Shown: positions 26,001 to 38,386 of the stretch, piece by piece
Layout: the number at the start of each line of letters is the position of its first letter
Position numbering within the stretch: the first letter of the stretch is position 1
Assembly (NCBI RefSeq): GCF_964194155.1
Contig: NC_135903.1
Coordinates: forward strand, 31,992,001 to 32,056,000
Length of the DNA: 64,000 nt
Source: Cetorhinus maximus
Lineage: Eukaryota
Direction of reading: 5' to 3'
The notes under the pieces: model-generated
Database searches by the model: none
Told to the model about the DNA's origin: nothing
The model's input: only the letters and a program-made list of their open reading frames with translations
Program-made: the position numbers and the translations under genes

Positions 26001-27329
26001 CTCGGACTAGAAGGGAGACCATCCCATTTTTTTTTTCATTTCAGACTGTAATTCAGTGACTCAAGGTGAGACACTCAGTTGGCTGGGCATCAGGTGAAAA
26101 CCACATTTACAAGTCCCACCCCATCTGACTAGCTTGCTGTCAGCCACGATACAGGTTCACACAGACAGAATGGCCAGTTATTAGAGGGCAGCTATCACAC
26201 ATTGAACCGTGTGCAAGTAACTGTCACCACAATTGCTAGAGAAAAGGAGAAAGAAATTCCGTTGACTAGATGTTTAATATTAAACGCACAGCTATCGCAG
26301 AACAAATTTTTAAACAAATGGGGCACGATTACAAACAAAAACATTATTCAGACCAGTGTGCTGCCGATAGTGGAATAAATATTGGCACACAGGCCAACAT
26401 CATTAATAAAAGAATTACACAAACAAATTAAGGTCAGAAACAATGTAATCTTTAAACAGGCCCTTGAGTTACACAAACAAAATATAAATCATGATGTAAC
26501 AGGAAGCTTCAGGGTGCTGATCTACAGGCTATTTTCCAAGCCTTGTGCTAGAATAGGGAACTCGAAGGCTTGGATGGGATTGTCCCGTGGGCTTTGGAAT
26601 CCTGACATCGGGACCAAATGGGAGTTCTGAGACGAGTGGAGCAATGTTCCCATAGGTGGCCTCCTAACTGTCCGCCTAAGAGCTGGCGATGCAGCAAGCT
26701 GGATCCTCAGACATGGAGAAGCCTTCAGTTGAAAATTTAAAGGAAAATTTCCAAGGGGCCAAGCCCTCTGGCAGAGGCGGTTGGACCACGGGTGCAGCCA
26801 TTCCTGCAAGCAGGCCCCTCTTTGGGGGATGGAGCCTCTGTCTCTGATGGTCCCCAGGCCTGGAGCTGGCCACTTCTGCATGCGGTTGGGTGTGTAAATT
26901 GGCTGCCAGCCTCAGCTTCCCAGGCTGCCCCGACGCGGCTCCCCATTATTTTCCTGGCCCCAGAAAAATTCAGCCCTTCATGTCAGAAAAAGGATTTCTG
27001 TTTTATGGGTTTTAACAGCTTCTGGGAGGAAGGAGGATCCTACTGCAGAAGGAAGAGCTACATCTGCACAGAAGAGCTGGCAAAACAGATGAACAGGGAA
27101 ATGAAAGTCATTTAAACTGAGGAGTCAGGAGAAATAAAGGCAACCAGGAAGAGCAAGCAGGAAAGGTAGAAATAGATGAAGATAATATGACAAATTGAAA
27201 AGAGTTTACTGAAAGGGATACCACATAGGAAGAATAAAGGATGTAAAGGAGAAAAATCAGACCAACTAGTTATAAGTAGAGGAAAGAACAAGATATAGGA
27301 ATGGTGCTAGTGTCGACAAAGAGTAATGT

Positions 27330-27890
27330 TAATTATACATTATAAAAGATAAAGTACATGTATAATAATGCCCAAGGTGTGGCAAGTAAAAGGGGAATTA
27401 GAAACAATTATGCCATATCAAGATATGAACTTAATATCGCTTAGAGAAACTTGGCTGCAATCTAAGTGGGAGTGGAAAATTAAGGTTATTATATTTTTAG
27501 GAAAGACAGAATATATAACAAAGCAGGAATGGCAATATTGATGGAGGAGGGAATACATGCTAGAGAGAGGATTGACGTACACGATTAAAATGGTTCAGAG
27601 TCAATAATTGTAAAAATAAAAGGGATCGTTAAAATACCTCTAATCGAAGGAGAGAAATAGAAGCAATCTATAGATCAGGGAGGCAAGTAGGAACAACAGT
27701 TATTCTAGGATATTTTAATTGCCCACTTAACTGATTGAGACGAAGAGAAATAAATGGAAGAAATAAAAGGAAAATATTACATACCCCTCATACCTGTTGG
27801 CCTGCCTATAAGGGAGGAAAGGAGCTAAACGTGGGTGAGAATCTTTGCTGCAGTGACTATAATATGGTAAGGTTTAAGATGCAAAAAGAA
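27330..27890 (+). mobile_element. Highly decayed CR1 endonuclease (APE) region
   Basis: Remnant peptides YMYNNAQGVASK, ETWLQ, IFRKDR, GYFN, SDYNMVRF typical of the CR1 ORF2 N-terminus. Confidence 0.5.
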
Positions 27891-28495
27891 ACGCAGAATC
27901 CTGTAGGGCTAAGGCAATCGTACAATTCTACTGATCAAGCTGGGATGACTGTTACACTCAACAAACAAACTAAGATACAATTTATTTTTACACACTGGGC
28001 TTATGGGCTAAAATATCCCTACTTTAATCCCCTTTGGTGTTCTTGACCTGCATAAGCTATCACTTTAAACCTCTAAAGTAGAAAGCATTAAACATAGGTC
28101 AAGTCGGGGTGCAACTCCACATTATACATAATCCTGCTGACAGTAATGCTCTCACACATACATACAATTATTCCTTTACTTCAGAATAGCTAAACAAACA
28201 TTTTGAAAAATAACTGAATTATAATCTTATTCTTAAGAATGAAATAAATTGTCAATAGAATTTTGTCAGAACTGATTACTATATATTCCAGGATAAGGGA
28301 AGATGGAAAGAAGTTTTGAGGAACGCCCTTATAAAGAGATTTTTTTGTGCTTTACTTTCTCTTGTCAATATGAGCAGGAAATTGCTCTCTAACTTCTGTA
28401 TTTTGCAACATTTGGTTTCTCAAATTTCAACCATTCACAGTTGGGACAACAAATCATTGACCAAAAAAATCCAATTATGTGCAGGTTTCTTTTAC

Positions 28496-28544
28496 CTGGG
28501 CAATTACTTTCACCATCCTCCAGTTTTCTCTTCTTAATGTTGCG
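28496..28544 (-). CDS. PSME3: PSME3 exon 5 (homolog-specific insert with NLS)
   Basis: CAG|RNIKKRKLEDGESNCP(G)|GTAAAA, 49 nt; phase joins exons 4 and 6. Confidence 0.9.
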
Positions 28545-30374
28545 CTGAAATTAAAAAAAAAGTAATTAAAATCTAATTCCAAGATCCGTGAAGGAACAAA
28601 ATGGAAAGTGTAACTAGGGAATAAAAGAGTTAGCAAAGCCATGGGGCCCTAATGCAAAGGTCAAGTTCTAAAAATACAAGGAAACAAAAAGTGAAGAGTG
28701 GAGAGGTAACAGTTAAATATAACTGAGATGAGCAAGAGGCAGATTGTAAATTGAAAGCAAAAGAATTGTCCTATTTCTGTTTTTTTTAATTTTCTGTATA
28801 CATTCTATATCCCATTAATGCTCTTTGGTTTTTTTTCCATTAGTTCCTTGGCATTCCTCTACTCACTGTTGCATTTTTTCCATCCTATTCCTCTGGGTGG
28901 GTGAGAGTGTGGCAACAGGAAGGAATACTGAGTCAGCTGAGCCAAGTGGGACAACCTCCTCAAACTAAGGCGGCACATTCATCTTGGTTTATAGAGTAAA
29001 TAATACCACTGGGGAAAAGTTACATAGCGTACCTCTGGGTAAAGCAAAAAATCTAAAGGACTAAGTTTTAAGGAATGAAGCAAGAAGGTTTGTGATCGCA
29101 CCAAGAGCTTTTGGTTCAAACCCAATCAACTGACGAGATGAAGAGTCTTCTTGCTTTGGTAGTCAAGTAAAATTATTCTGCAGGGTCTAAAACCTAGCTT
29201 CCATTTGTCATAAAACCAATTCGCAAAACTGCCAGTAATTCATGCACAAATGGGCAATATCACTCAGAAGAGCAGAAAGGGTGACTGGTGTGTGAAACAA
29301 GACAAGGTAGCAGGAGGAGCTGAAGTTGACACTCAGGCATTTGTTGAAGCAGCTGATGGGAAGCTTTAATCCACACTATACCTGACCAGGGAATGTTCTT
29401 GTGCCAAAATTGGAAAAAGCACTCTCAGCTCACCTGCTGACCAAAAAAGTTTTTTTTAAAAAAAAGGTGAAGATGGACCACTTGAGAAGTAACAGAGATT
29501 GTTTTATTTATTCGTGTTTCTCTTAATGCATTGCTTCAGTCCCATCAGTGTAGTAAAACATTCTGAGAACAGCAGCGATTGCTAAAAGTATATAAAAAAA
29601 AAAGACAGCTCTGGAGGGATCCCTAAAAATCAACACAACATCAGGTCAAATAACACAAGAGATTGTTACAAAATTGTTACCAATGCCAAGGATATTAATA
29701 AAAGTGTGTTAAGCGCAGTACGCCTAATATTGGATTTAGTTTGTAAGCAGATAATGTTAAACATACAGGAGAATTCCTGTGCATTATACAGTGTTATGTT
29801 GCTGATGCAATCTTAAAAATAAAACCCATATCCCAAAAAAAGTTGCATTGCATTAGTGCTCAAGCATTAATTGTGCACTTCACAAGGAATTCTATAATGA
29901 TTGCTGAAACCGCTAATATAGAGGGGGAAATCATGAGAAAGCTACCTTTCCATTTAAACAGCTGTGCACATCTCAGTACAAAGAGGCCGTCTCATTGCAA
30001 ACACATGCACAGTATTTAAATGTCAACTTGCTCACTGCAATAGGGGGTCAACGTTTACAGCTTAGAGAATCAGAACTTGACAGAGATATACATAATGATA
30101 CAACCGTCCAAGCTGAAAGATTTGTTACCTCATTGCTCGTGGACTCTTAAGCTGCCATACATGTTCAAGCTGTAAATCTGAACAACTATTTTAAAACAAA
30201 ATACCAGCACTGGAAAGGAGCCAGGGTTCAGGTCTACCTTCACAAAATATCAGAGAAGTTAAAAGTTGATTAATTTTGCCAGCTTTCAGGGTTAATTGCT
30301 CATCTCTTCCGTTCACATGAGACAATTATTGTCAAAGAGAGATCTCACATATCATCTCCTTCTGAAATACTCAC

Positions 30375-30482
30375 AGCACTATCCAAACCATCATGGCTGT
30401 TGGTTAGCATTATAGGTTCTGGCACAGGTAAGTTGAGGTCTGAATGAATAGTAGCCAAATCCGAAATATTCAAGAGGGGTTC
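30375..30482 (-). CDS. PSME3: PSME3 exon 4
   Basis: TAG|EPLLNISDLATIHSDLNLPVPEPIMLTNSHDGLDSA|GTGAGT, 108 nt. Confidence 0.95.
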
Positions 30483-30543
30483 CTAGAAAGAATATATCTA
30501 CAGTTAGATCATTTATGAAGAAACCTTACTTTGACCATACAAT

Positions 30544-31185
30544 GGGCAGAATTTTGCCCTTGGTGGGCGTGCGGGCCCCACCGGCTCGGCGGCGGGCGGA
30601 CAGCTGACCCCGACCACCGAAACGGGGCCCGCCGCCATTTTGAGTGGGCGGGCCAATTAAGGCCCGCCCAGCGGCCTGCCCAATGGGAAGCGCTATACGC
30701 TTCCTGTGCGGGGAGTGGGGGAGGGATTCCCCAACTGTCAAAGAGCGCACTGCTCCCTGAGACTAAGTGCTGTCTCAGGGAGATCACTGACAGTCCAAAA
30801 AACTTTAAAATTAGAAAAATTTAAAAATGTCACGAGATGGGACATGTTAATAAATATCACAAAATGTATTAAAGTTTTTAAAAACGGACATGAAACCTCA
30901 TCCTGCCAGTGGATGAGGTTTCATGTGTTATCAGAAGCCTGCTGGGGCTCCTGGCCTGCCCGCCAGCCTTAAGGTTGGACGGGCAGGTCTTTAGCAATCT
31001 TAACGAGCCTGTCAATGGCCTTAATTGGCCATTGACAGGTCGGCGGGCCGACAGCTGATTTCGTTGTCCGCCCGCCTTCCTGAAAAATTAAAGGGACCAT
31101 GATGACGTCAGGGGTTCCTCCCAACATCATTTTCCCGTCGGGGAGCGGGCCTCGCCCCCAAATCGCTGACGGGAAAATTCAGGCC
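30544..31185. mobile_element. GC-rich non-autonomous DNA transposon (PIF/Harbinger-like MITE)
   Basis: TIRs GGGCAGAATTTT...AAAATTCAGGCC, 3-bp TSD AAT on both sides, internal hairpins; inverted homolog at 55970-56533. Confidence 0.8.
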
Positions 31186-31726
31186 AATATGTCATGAAGC
31201 CAGTCAGTGTGGACATGGCAATACTGCATGTTCTGTGATATGGGAAGCCTATTAATTTCCATTTGTATTGGCTACCAACAATGAGATACTTTCAAGGCAA
31301 AAAGTCAAAAGGTTCGACTTTCACATCACTCTACAAATTAAGGTGCTCATTATAATACTGTACATAGAAAGGAGCTCCAATACTTCTCTTTCAACACTTT
31401 CATGGGTCGATTACACTGTTTAATTCAAGTTATTGCACAATTATTTGTTGCACAAAATAATGAAAAGGTAATTACAAAACTAATCGAAAATACAAGAGCT
31501 GTACGGAGGAACTTAAACACACATTTGTCATTTAGAGATGGCAGTTATTGTAGCTCCACACAAAGCAATAAATTCCCAGCAGAGGGGTTAGGTTAGAGAT
31601 TCAGTTCTACAATATTGTAGCTCTATGCCTTATCCACATTCCTTTTGAGTGTTACACACGGAGTTTGGTGAATTTATCCTAAAATCAATAACTTATTCAC
31701 ATCCGCTAAACGTCGGAGAGTCTTAC

Positions 31727-31789
31727 CTTCAGAAAACCATCTAGTTCCAATAACTTCTTTGGAAAGAAACTTGCAACTAAGTCTTCTGC
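31727..31789 (-). CDS. PSME3: PSME3 exon 3
   Basis: TAG|AEDLVASFFPKKLLELDGFLK|GTAAGA, 63 nt. Confidence 0.96.
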
Positions 31790-31999
31790 CTAAAGTGCAA
31801 GATAAAGATGTAAATCAGAAAAAAACCCCCACATGGAATTGGCTTTGTTTCCAACAAAAACAGTACTACATGCTGGATAACTAATGCACCATAAGACACA
31901 AACGACATGGCGATTTTATTGGTTTATTATATTTTTTATGAATCATACATTCCCAGGTATAAAAGTAACAGGCTAACATAGAAAAGACTTGCATTTATA

Positions 32000-32668
32000 C
32001 AGTAGTTCCTCCCTTAAAACTGTAGTTCAGTTGCTGAAAAGTGAAACTTTAAGCGAGACAATTTAAGTGAATCAGATTTTCTCATTACAACCATTGTGCA
32101 AGCTGTAATTAGGTTATGTAGGATCTTTCCTGCCAGGGAAAAAAAATTATACCTTGTAACTTGAAATACTGTACATTCCTAAATTCCTATATTTGCAAAT
32201 AAAATAACCTTTACAATATAATAAACTTAAAAACGTAAAAGAAATACGCTAACTCTCACTGCCTCTCCCACAGGCCGGCTCTCACCCTCTCACCGTTTCT
32301 GTCCAACTTTTCCGCTCGCCGCTTCCTCTCCCGAGCCCTCGCTCTGAGCAAAGGCTCAGGAGAGGGGTGACGAGAGGGATGAAGCGAGTGAGGGCATGAG
32401 AGGAGCTATGAGTGGAAGGGCTGGGTAGGGAAGCAGCAAGTGGGAGGGTCAGGGCAGAAAGCGACTAGTGGGAGAGTGTCTTGGCAAAGGGAGTGTGTCT
32501 TTGGGAGTGGGGAAAGGCCACTGCAAAATGGCGCTGATTGGGTCATGCAAGCTCTGTTGTTGCTGGCACGAAACAACACTAAAGCAAAAAAATGCTGACG
32601 TTAAGCTCGCACACTGGCCTTATTAGCGAAATGTGCTGAACTGGGCAATTTAAAATGGGGATTTGTTG
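32000..32668. mobile_element. Tc1/mariner (Tigger/pogo-like) non-autonomous element inserted in a SINE tail
   Basis: TA|CAGTAGTTCCTCCCTTAA start, degenerate right end followed by TA; splits the SINE tail GACTTGCATTTA-TA-...TTTCAC. Confidence 0.5.
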
Positions 32669-32670
32669 TA

Positions 32671-32897
32671 TAATACTTTTCACAACGACCAACTGCCAAT
32701 TAAGGCAAGTACTTTTTGAAATGTAGTCAATATAGGAAACGTGGCAGCTAATTTGTGTGCAGCAAGTTCCCACAAACAGCGATGTGATAATGACCAGATA
32801 ATCTGTTTTGTGATATTGATTGGGGGATAAATACTGACCAGGGGACACCGAGGATAACTCCCCTGCTCTTCTTCAAAATAGTGCCACGGACGCACTT
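32671..32897 (-). mobile_element. Deu-domain SINE fragment
   Basis: Reverse complement contains GGCACTATTTTGAAGAAGAGCAGGGGAG..CCTCGGTGTCC..ATTTATCCC, homologous to 47095-47290. Confidence 0.75.
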
Positions 32898-33040
32898 AGA
32901 CTGTTAGCATTCAAAAGCGTTAAGCATTAAAAACTGAGACCACTTAATTTCAAATACACTTCCACATAACTAGGCCGTTTTGTTTAACCTGTAGAAATGA
33001 TGTCGAGTTGCTCAAGTGTCGCCAGACAGAACATAAAACA

Positions 33041-34293
33041 AATAGTCGTTTGGTAGTGCAGAACTTGAGTATTGCTGAAAAAAACATCTTGTCAAAGCTC
33101 TTCATCTTGCATTCATCAGGGCTATCACAGGAATACCAATGTCATGCAAAGCAACAACTTTATACTGAAATGAACTCCCTTTCCTTGACGTACTACTTAA
33201 GAAATCTGCCAGGTATTCTCTGCCACGGTCTACCGCAAGCCTACCATTACTGGTCAATACAGGTGTGTTAGGATTCTTACAGTTCCATGCGCTATAAAAC
33301 TGGCCTCATTGGCAACCGTGTTAATAGGGCCCCAGCTATTTGCTCATCACGCAAGCCTAATGCTGAAATAGGGCGCATCAAAGATATCCTATGGGATAGT
33401 GGCTACCCTGATCAAAACATTTCGCAATGTATATCAGGTCTAAGGCCATCACTTTAGGCCCTGAAAAGCACCCAGTCTACCTCACCTTCTATCTCAAAAA
33501 TTTGAGCAACAGGCGAAGCTAGCCTTTTCACGTTGCTACTATGTAGTAGCAACACGAGTGGTATTCCCCATTAACAGGATGCTGCCGTCAAGCCAAAGAT
33601 GTTCTGCCTATCACACAAATAAGTAATGTGGTACATGTATTTCAGTGTCAGTGGGATGCTAGGTATGTAGGTTGTACATCCCAAAGACTGGCAGATCGTA
33701 TTAAAGAGCATGTCCCCTCCGCTTGCTGTTCGCAACGGGCAAGGTACAGACTGTACCCAACCAGCCCGTGCTTGCAAAACTCAAAACACAGTGTCCAACA
33801 TTAGATGCCGCAATTGGACAATATTTACTAAACAATCCTCAGTGTGCTAAAAATTACATTGACAAACAATTTAAGGTTGTCAGTTGGGCTCGCACTATGG
33901 CACATTTGTGTGTACTGGACGCTACATATACTAATATACAGGGCCCTGTTCTTTGCAGACAGAAAGAACATGTACACAACATTGCGCCCATTTCAGATAA
34001 ACAAAATAAGTGACGGCCATTCATTGACTCATTCCTCAGGGCAATGCCTTGACCAGAGTCAAGCTATCTGGTTTATATTTCAAAATGTTTGGCAGTTAAC
34101 TGTCAGTCACAATTAACTGGTGCATTCTCCATGCCACCACCTCTACCAATCAGAGTCCACTTGCCAACCAATCGGCACTCTCTCTTCTCACACAGCATTA
34201 AGTTGTTGCTTCCCCTGACATTGGTATTCTTGCGATTGTCCTGATGATTGCAAGACAAAAAGCTCCGACAAAATGTCTTTTTTCAGCAATACT
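33041..34293 (+). mobile_element. Penelope-like retroelement (family B), 5'-truncated, with inverted pseudo-LTRs
   Basis: Decayed GIY-YIG (SNVVHVFQCQWDARYVGCTSQRLADRIKEHVP...DAAIGQYLLNNPQC); ~100-bp inverted arms 33068-33168 and 34193-34294; 14-bp TSD CAGAACATAAAACA at 33027-33040 and 34294-34307. Confidence 0.85.
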
Positions 34294-34338
34294 CAGAACA
34301 TAAAACATTAAGGCAAGTGCACTAGGGCACCACATATT

Positions 34339-35579
34339 ATTACGATCCTGTTAGGTACTGTTGATGTTTAAAGGGAAATCCGAACACTCTGTAATTAACT
34401 GAGAGCTATGCCACAAGATTTTGCATTTTTAAACAAAACCAAACTTTATTGCGTGTAAGAATTAGACAAAGCAAGCACTATTAACTTAACACTATGGTTT
34501 ATTATTACTTATGCTATGAACTCAATTCCACCTTTTGCTTCCCACCCAATAATTCCCTTATACATTACAATCTTGAAGGCTCATTTACTTCTTTAGGGAC
34601 CAACCCACAAGATATGCCACAGCCTGCCGGAATTCACTTTAATTCTCCTCAGTGTTCCAGCTATTCTCAGGGGTAAGATTTTATAGGGATCTTCCATTAG
34701 CTATTTAGCTAAGTGACCCCCCAACTTTTATTTAATATCTCACGACTGTGGATGCCTCAGCTGCTCGTTCTGGTTGCTGACAGATACCCAACTGTGTTCT
34801 TCCAGCTTCCAAGCTAACTCTGCTTACTGCCACAAGGCTTTCTGAGGACCACTGTAGATTTCCTCCTCTAGCTGTAAACTAGGCAAATATTCCCCTCTCA
34901 AAATCCAAACTGAGCTTGAGCTCCATCCACATCCTGCATAGTGGACAATAAAGTTATTACTGCTTAAAAGTGGAGGCCTGACTAACAATCATCTCCTGTT
35001 GGCTCACTTAATCCAATGAGATGCAGTCTACATAAAAACAAGACAGCAACTGCCTGCATTTTGAGCAAACACCCATATTATTTAAACAAAAGAACCTTCT
35101 ACCCCCACAGCCCATCTCTATGACAACGTGACATGATTTCAAACAGAAATGTAAACAAATTATTTCACCCGCGACAACTCTGATTCTGTAACCCATATGA
35201 ATAATTTATATTTCTAATGGATGTAACTGCCCTCTCTACAGACTCCTTGGGTCTATGAAGAAACCCTCATGTTTACAACGCTGCTTTCAGCTTTTTAATT
35301 GAAGTAAGTGGAAAACTTCTGGCTCCATTGCAAGCTCAGATAGAAGACCCCCAAGGTTTTGCAGTTCTACCACTGACCTTAAAAGGTAACTTGTTTATCA
35401 TCTTACAAGTGTTAATAAACCTAGTTTTCTTTGAGTTGTCATTCACATGAGGTGCATACTTATTTCCTAACCAAATGTTTTCAATTATCTCACATGTAAC
35501 ACTTTAACCTCCAGGTTAAAAGTCACATTCCTAAAACTAAAAGTTATATTCTAAAACATATGAATTCGTGATTTTCACA
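34339..35579 (-). mobile_element. Possible solo LTR
   Basis: TATTACGATCC...TTTTCACA ends resemble TG...CA termini; minus-strand AATAAA near 34445; no coding potential. Weak support. Confidence 0.3.
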
Positions 35580-36207
35580 AGAATATTAAAAGAAAATTAC
35601 TATGTATAATAGAGCAACATTACAAATAATATAATATTGTCATTGCAAATATTAATTATCCCCACCATACCCAATTGCGGAAAGTGCTATGGTTGGGAAG
35701 AAAACTTTACCTCCAGCACCTAGATGTTAGCAGAGATGCAAGAGAAGAACCTCCTCCTTACAAGGGCTCCAAGGATTAAACATGTTTGGTCAGCTTTGTA
35801 TTTAGGGACAAGGCTGTGAAGTCTCTATTTTGATCCCTAATCATCTTAGATCATATGCCATCATGTGGCTAGGCTGGCATCAAGCCTAGCACTACAACAC
35901 TGCTGTTTTGAACTGGTCAAAAGGTAACTTAAACAATCTTTGGTCAAATCACTCATTAACTTTCTTTCGTCCACTGGGAGGTACCCAGCATTCAGTTAGC
36001 GCTTCTCCATAAATGCATTGCCAACATCAGGAACTAAGTTGGTGGCTAGTGTGGGAGAAGAAATCAAATCTGTATGCTGCATTGCTGAAGCCCCATAGGG
36101 CTACAGAATCAGGCATCTTCCAAATAAGACTCAAGGTCAGCACTATGATCCTCATTCCCTTCTCACAAAACAGTGCGCGGGACAGGATGTGACCACCTGC
36201 CCAATTG

Positions 36208-36594
36208 CACAACCGCCCTACCCCACAACCGCCCTACCCCACAACCGCCCTACCCCACAACCGCCCTACCCCACAACCGCCCTACCCCACAACCGCCCTA
36301 CCCCACAACCGCCCTACCCCACAACCGCCCTACCCCACAACCGCCCTACCCCACAACCGCCCTACCCCACAACCGCCCTACCCCACAACCGCCCTACCCC
36401 ACAACCGCCCTACCCCACAACCGCCCTACCCCACAACCGCCCTACCCCACAACCGCCCTACCCCACAACCGCCCTACCCCACAACCGCCCTACCCCACAA
36501 CCGCCCTACCCCACAACCGCCCTACCCCACAACCGCCCTACCCCACAACCGCCCTACCCCACAACCGCCCTACCCCACAACCGCCCTACCCCAC
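36208..36594. repeat. Perfect minisatellite, 24 x 16 bp (ACAACCGCCCTACCCC)
   Basis: Units counted from 36209 to 36592; no variant unit seen. Confidence 0.97.
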
Positions 36595-36868
36595 TCCTGT
36601 CAAAAACTGACCCACAATCCCAACAGCAATAACATAATGGAATGAAACTCAAATTGAGTTTATGTATAAAAATCAGAGAGCAAGTCAATCAATTGGTATG
36701 CTCATGTTTCTAGTTGGAAGTTTAAGGCAGGGGCCTGGGAGCTGATTGTCTCCTGGGAGCAAATAATGAATGACACAGGTTAGATGCAAAGCCAGAGGGA
36801 AAACAATCAAGGGATATTTCATCTACAATTTTTGTTTTCAACATTTTGTAAACTAAATTGCTACTTAC

Positions 36869-36901
36869 TTCAGCAGTCATTCGCTCCCTGAAAGCATCCA
36901 C
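36869..36901 (-). CDS. PSME3: PSME3 exon 2
   Basis: TAG|VDAFRERMTAE|GTAAGT, 33 nt (human VDSFRERITSE). Confidence 0.93.
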
Positions 36902-37049
36902 CTAAAGAGAGAAATAAAACAAGTTATTTCATGGCTAGTGTAATTTGAAAAATATGCCACAATATTACAAGGACTTTCAAACAGGGATTCCTGGATCCTA
37001 TGTGCAAAGATCTGATTTCTAAGAATCTTTCATCAGATTTCAGTTGAAG

Positions 37050-38373
37050 GAACATAGCAACAGGACCGTTTAGTCTCTAGAGCCTGTTCTGCCACTCAGT
37101 GAGATCATGACTGCTCTGTGGCCTAACTCCATATGCCCACCTTTTCCCCACATCCCTTCGGTCAACAGAAATACCTCAATCTCAGATTTAAAATGAACAA
37201 CTAATCAATTGCTATTTGCAAAGAGAGTTCCAAACTTCTATCCACATTTACATATATAAAGGTTCCCTAAATTCACTCCTCAGAGGCCTGGCTCTTTGAC
37301 AACGCCCCTTAGTCCCAGACTCTCCAGAGGAAACGGGTTCTCTCTATCTATCCCATTGATTCCTCTTAATATCTCAATCTTTGATCAAAAAACCCCTCTA
37401 ATTCTTTTCAATTCCAAGGAACACAACCCCAGTTTGTAGAATTTCTCCTCGCAATTTAACCCAGGCATCATTCTGATGAATCTACATTGCATTCTCTCCA
37501 AGGGCAATGTGTCCTTCCAAAGAGATGCTGTCTGCTCACAGCACTCCATATGTGATATAACCAGGGCTTTGTACAGCTGTAGCATAACCTCCCCCTCCCA
37601 TGCATTCTAGGCCTGTAGATATTAAAGGCTAGCATTCCATTAGCCTTTTTGATTACTTTCTGTATCTGTCCATGACATCTTATCTATGTACGCGGACCTC
37701 CCCATCCCCCAAGTCTTTTTGGACCTCCACTATTTCTCACTTTTCACCATTTGGCCCATTGTGTCTGCACCAGCTCTCAGAACGAGCAACTCACCTAATG
37801 CTACCCCCCAACCGTCTCCCTGTAACCCTGCACATTCTTGCTTTTCAGGTAACCGTCTAATTCCCTTTTGAATGCTTCAAATGAATCTGCCTCCACCATA
37901 CTCTCAGGCAATGCATTCCAAATCTTAAATCACCGTTCTATACTTTTAGGTCCAAAGTGGATGAACTCATGTTTGCATACATTGAAATTCTTTCATCACT
38001 GTTTTTCTCATTCACCTAATCTATTAAAATCTCTCTGCAATTTTATGTCAGTCTGCTTATCTCAATCCACACGGAAATTAAAACCCCACATTAAAACCAC
38101 ACTGCCTTTGCTACACGATTGTCTAATCTGTGTGTTTAGACATTCTAACACTTCAGAACTACCATCAGAAGGCCTATATACAACTCCCATTAGACTCTTA
38201 AATCTACTTATAAAGTCTCCACTACATGCGTAACTCGTTATATTCTCTCTTCTCATTGATGTGGATTTCCTCCTTCACACTAAGGTGATTACTGCCCCTC
38301 TACAATTTTCTTTATCTTTCCTGTAGACCTTATAATCTATTATGTTTACTTCTCAGTTCTGACCCAGTCAATC
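37050..38373 (-). mobile_element. Decayed CR1 LINE fragments
   Basis: MLQLYKALVISHME..LERMQCRFIRMMPGL and MGVVYRP..GSVVLMWGFNF peptides. Confidence 0.7.
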
Positions 38374-38386
38374 TGGCATTAATTCT

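Noticed and set aside
36208-36594. CRISPR-like or telomeric array
   Set aside because: No spacers, eukaryotic context, and the unit is not TTAGGG.
36173-36645. Three overlapping Pro/Thr-rich ORFs of ~146 aa
   Set aside because: Product of a stop-free 16-bp minisatellite read in all three frames; lies antisense in a PSME3 intron.
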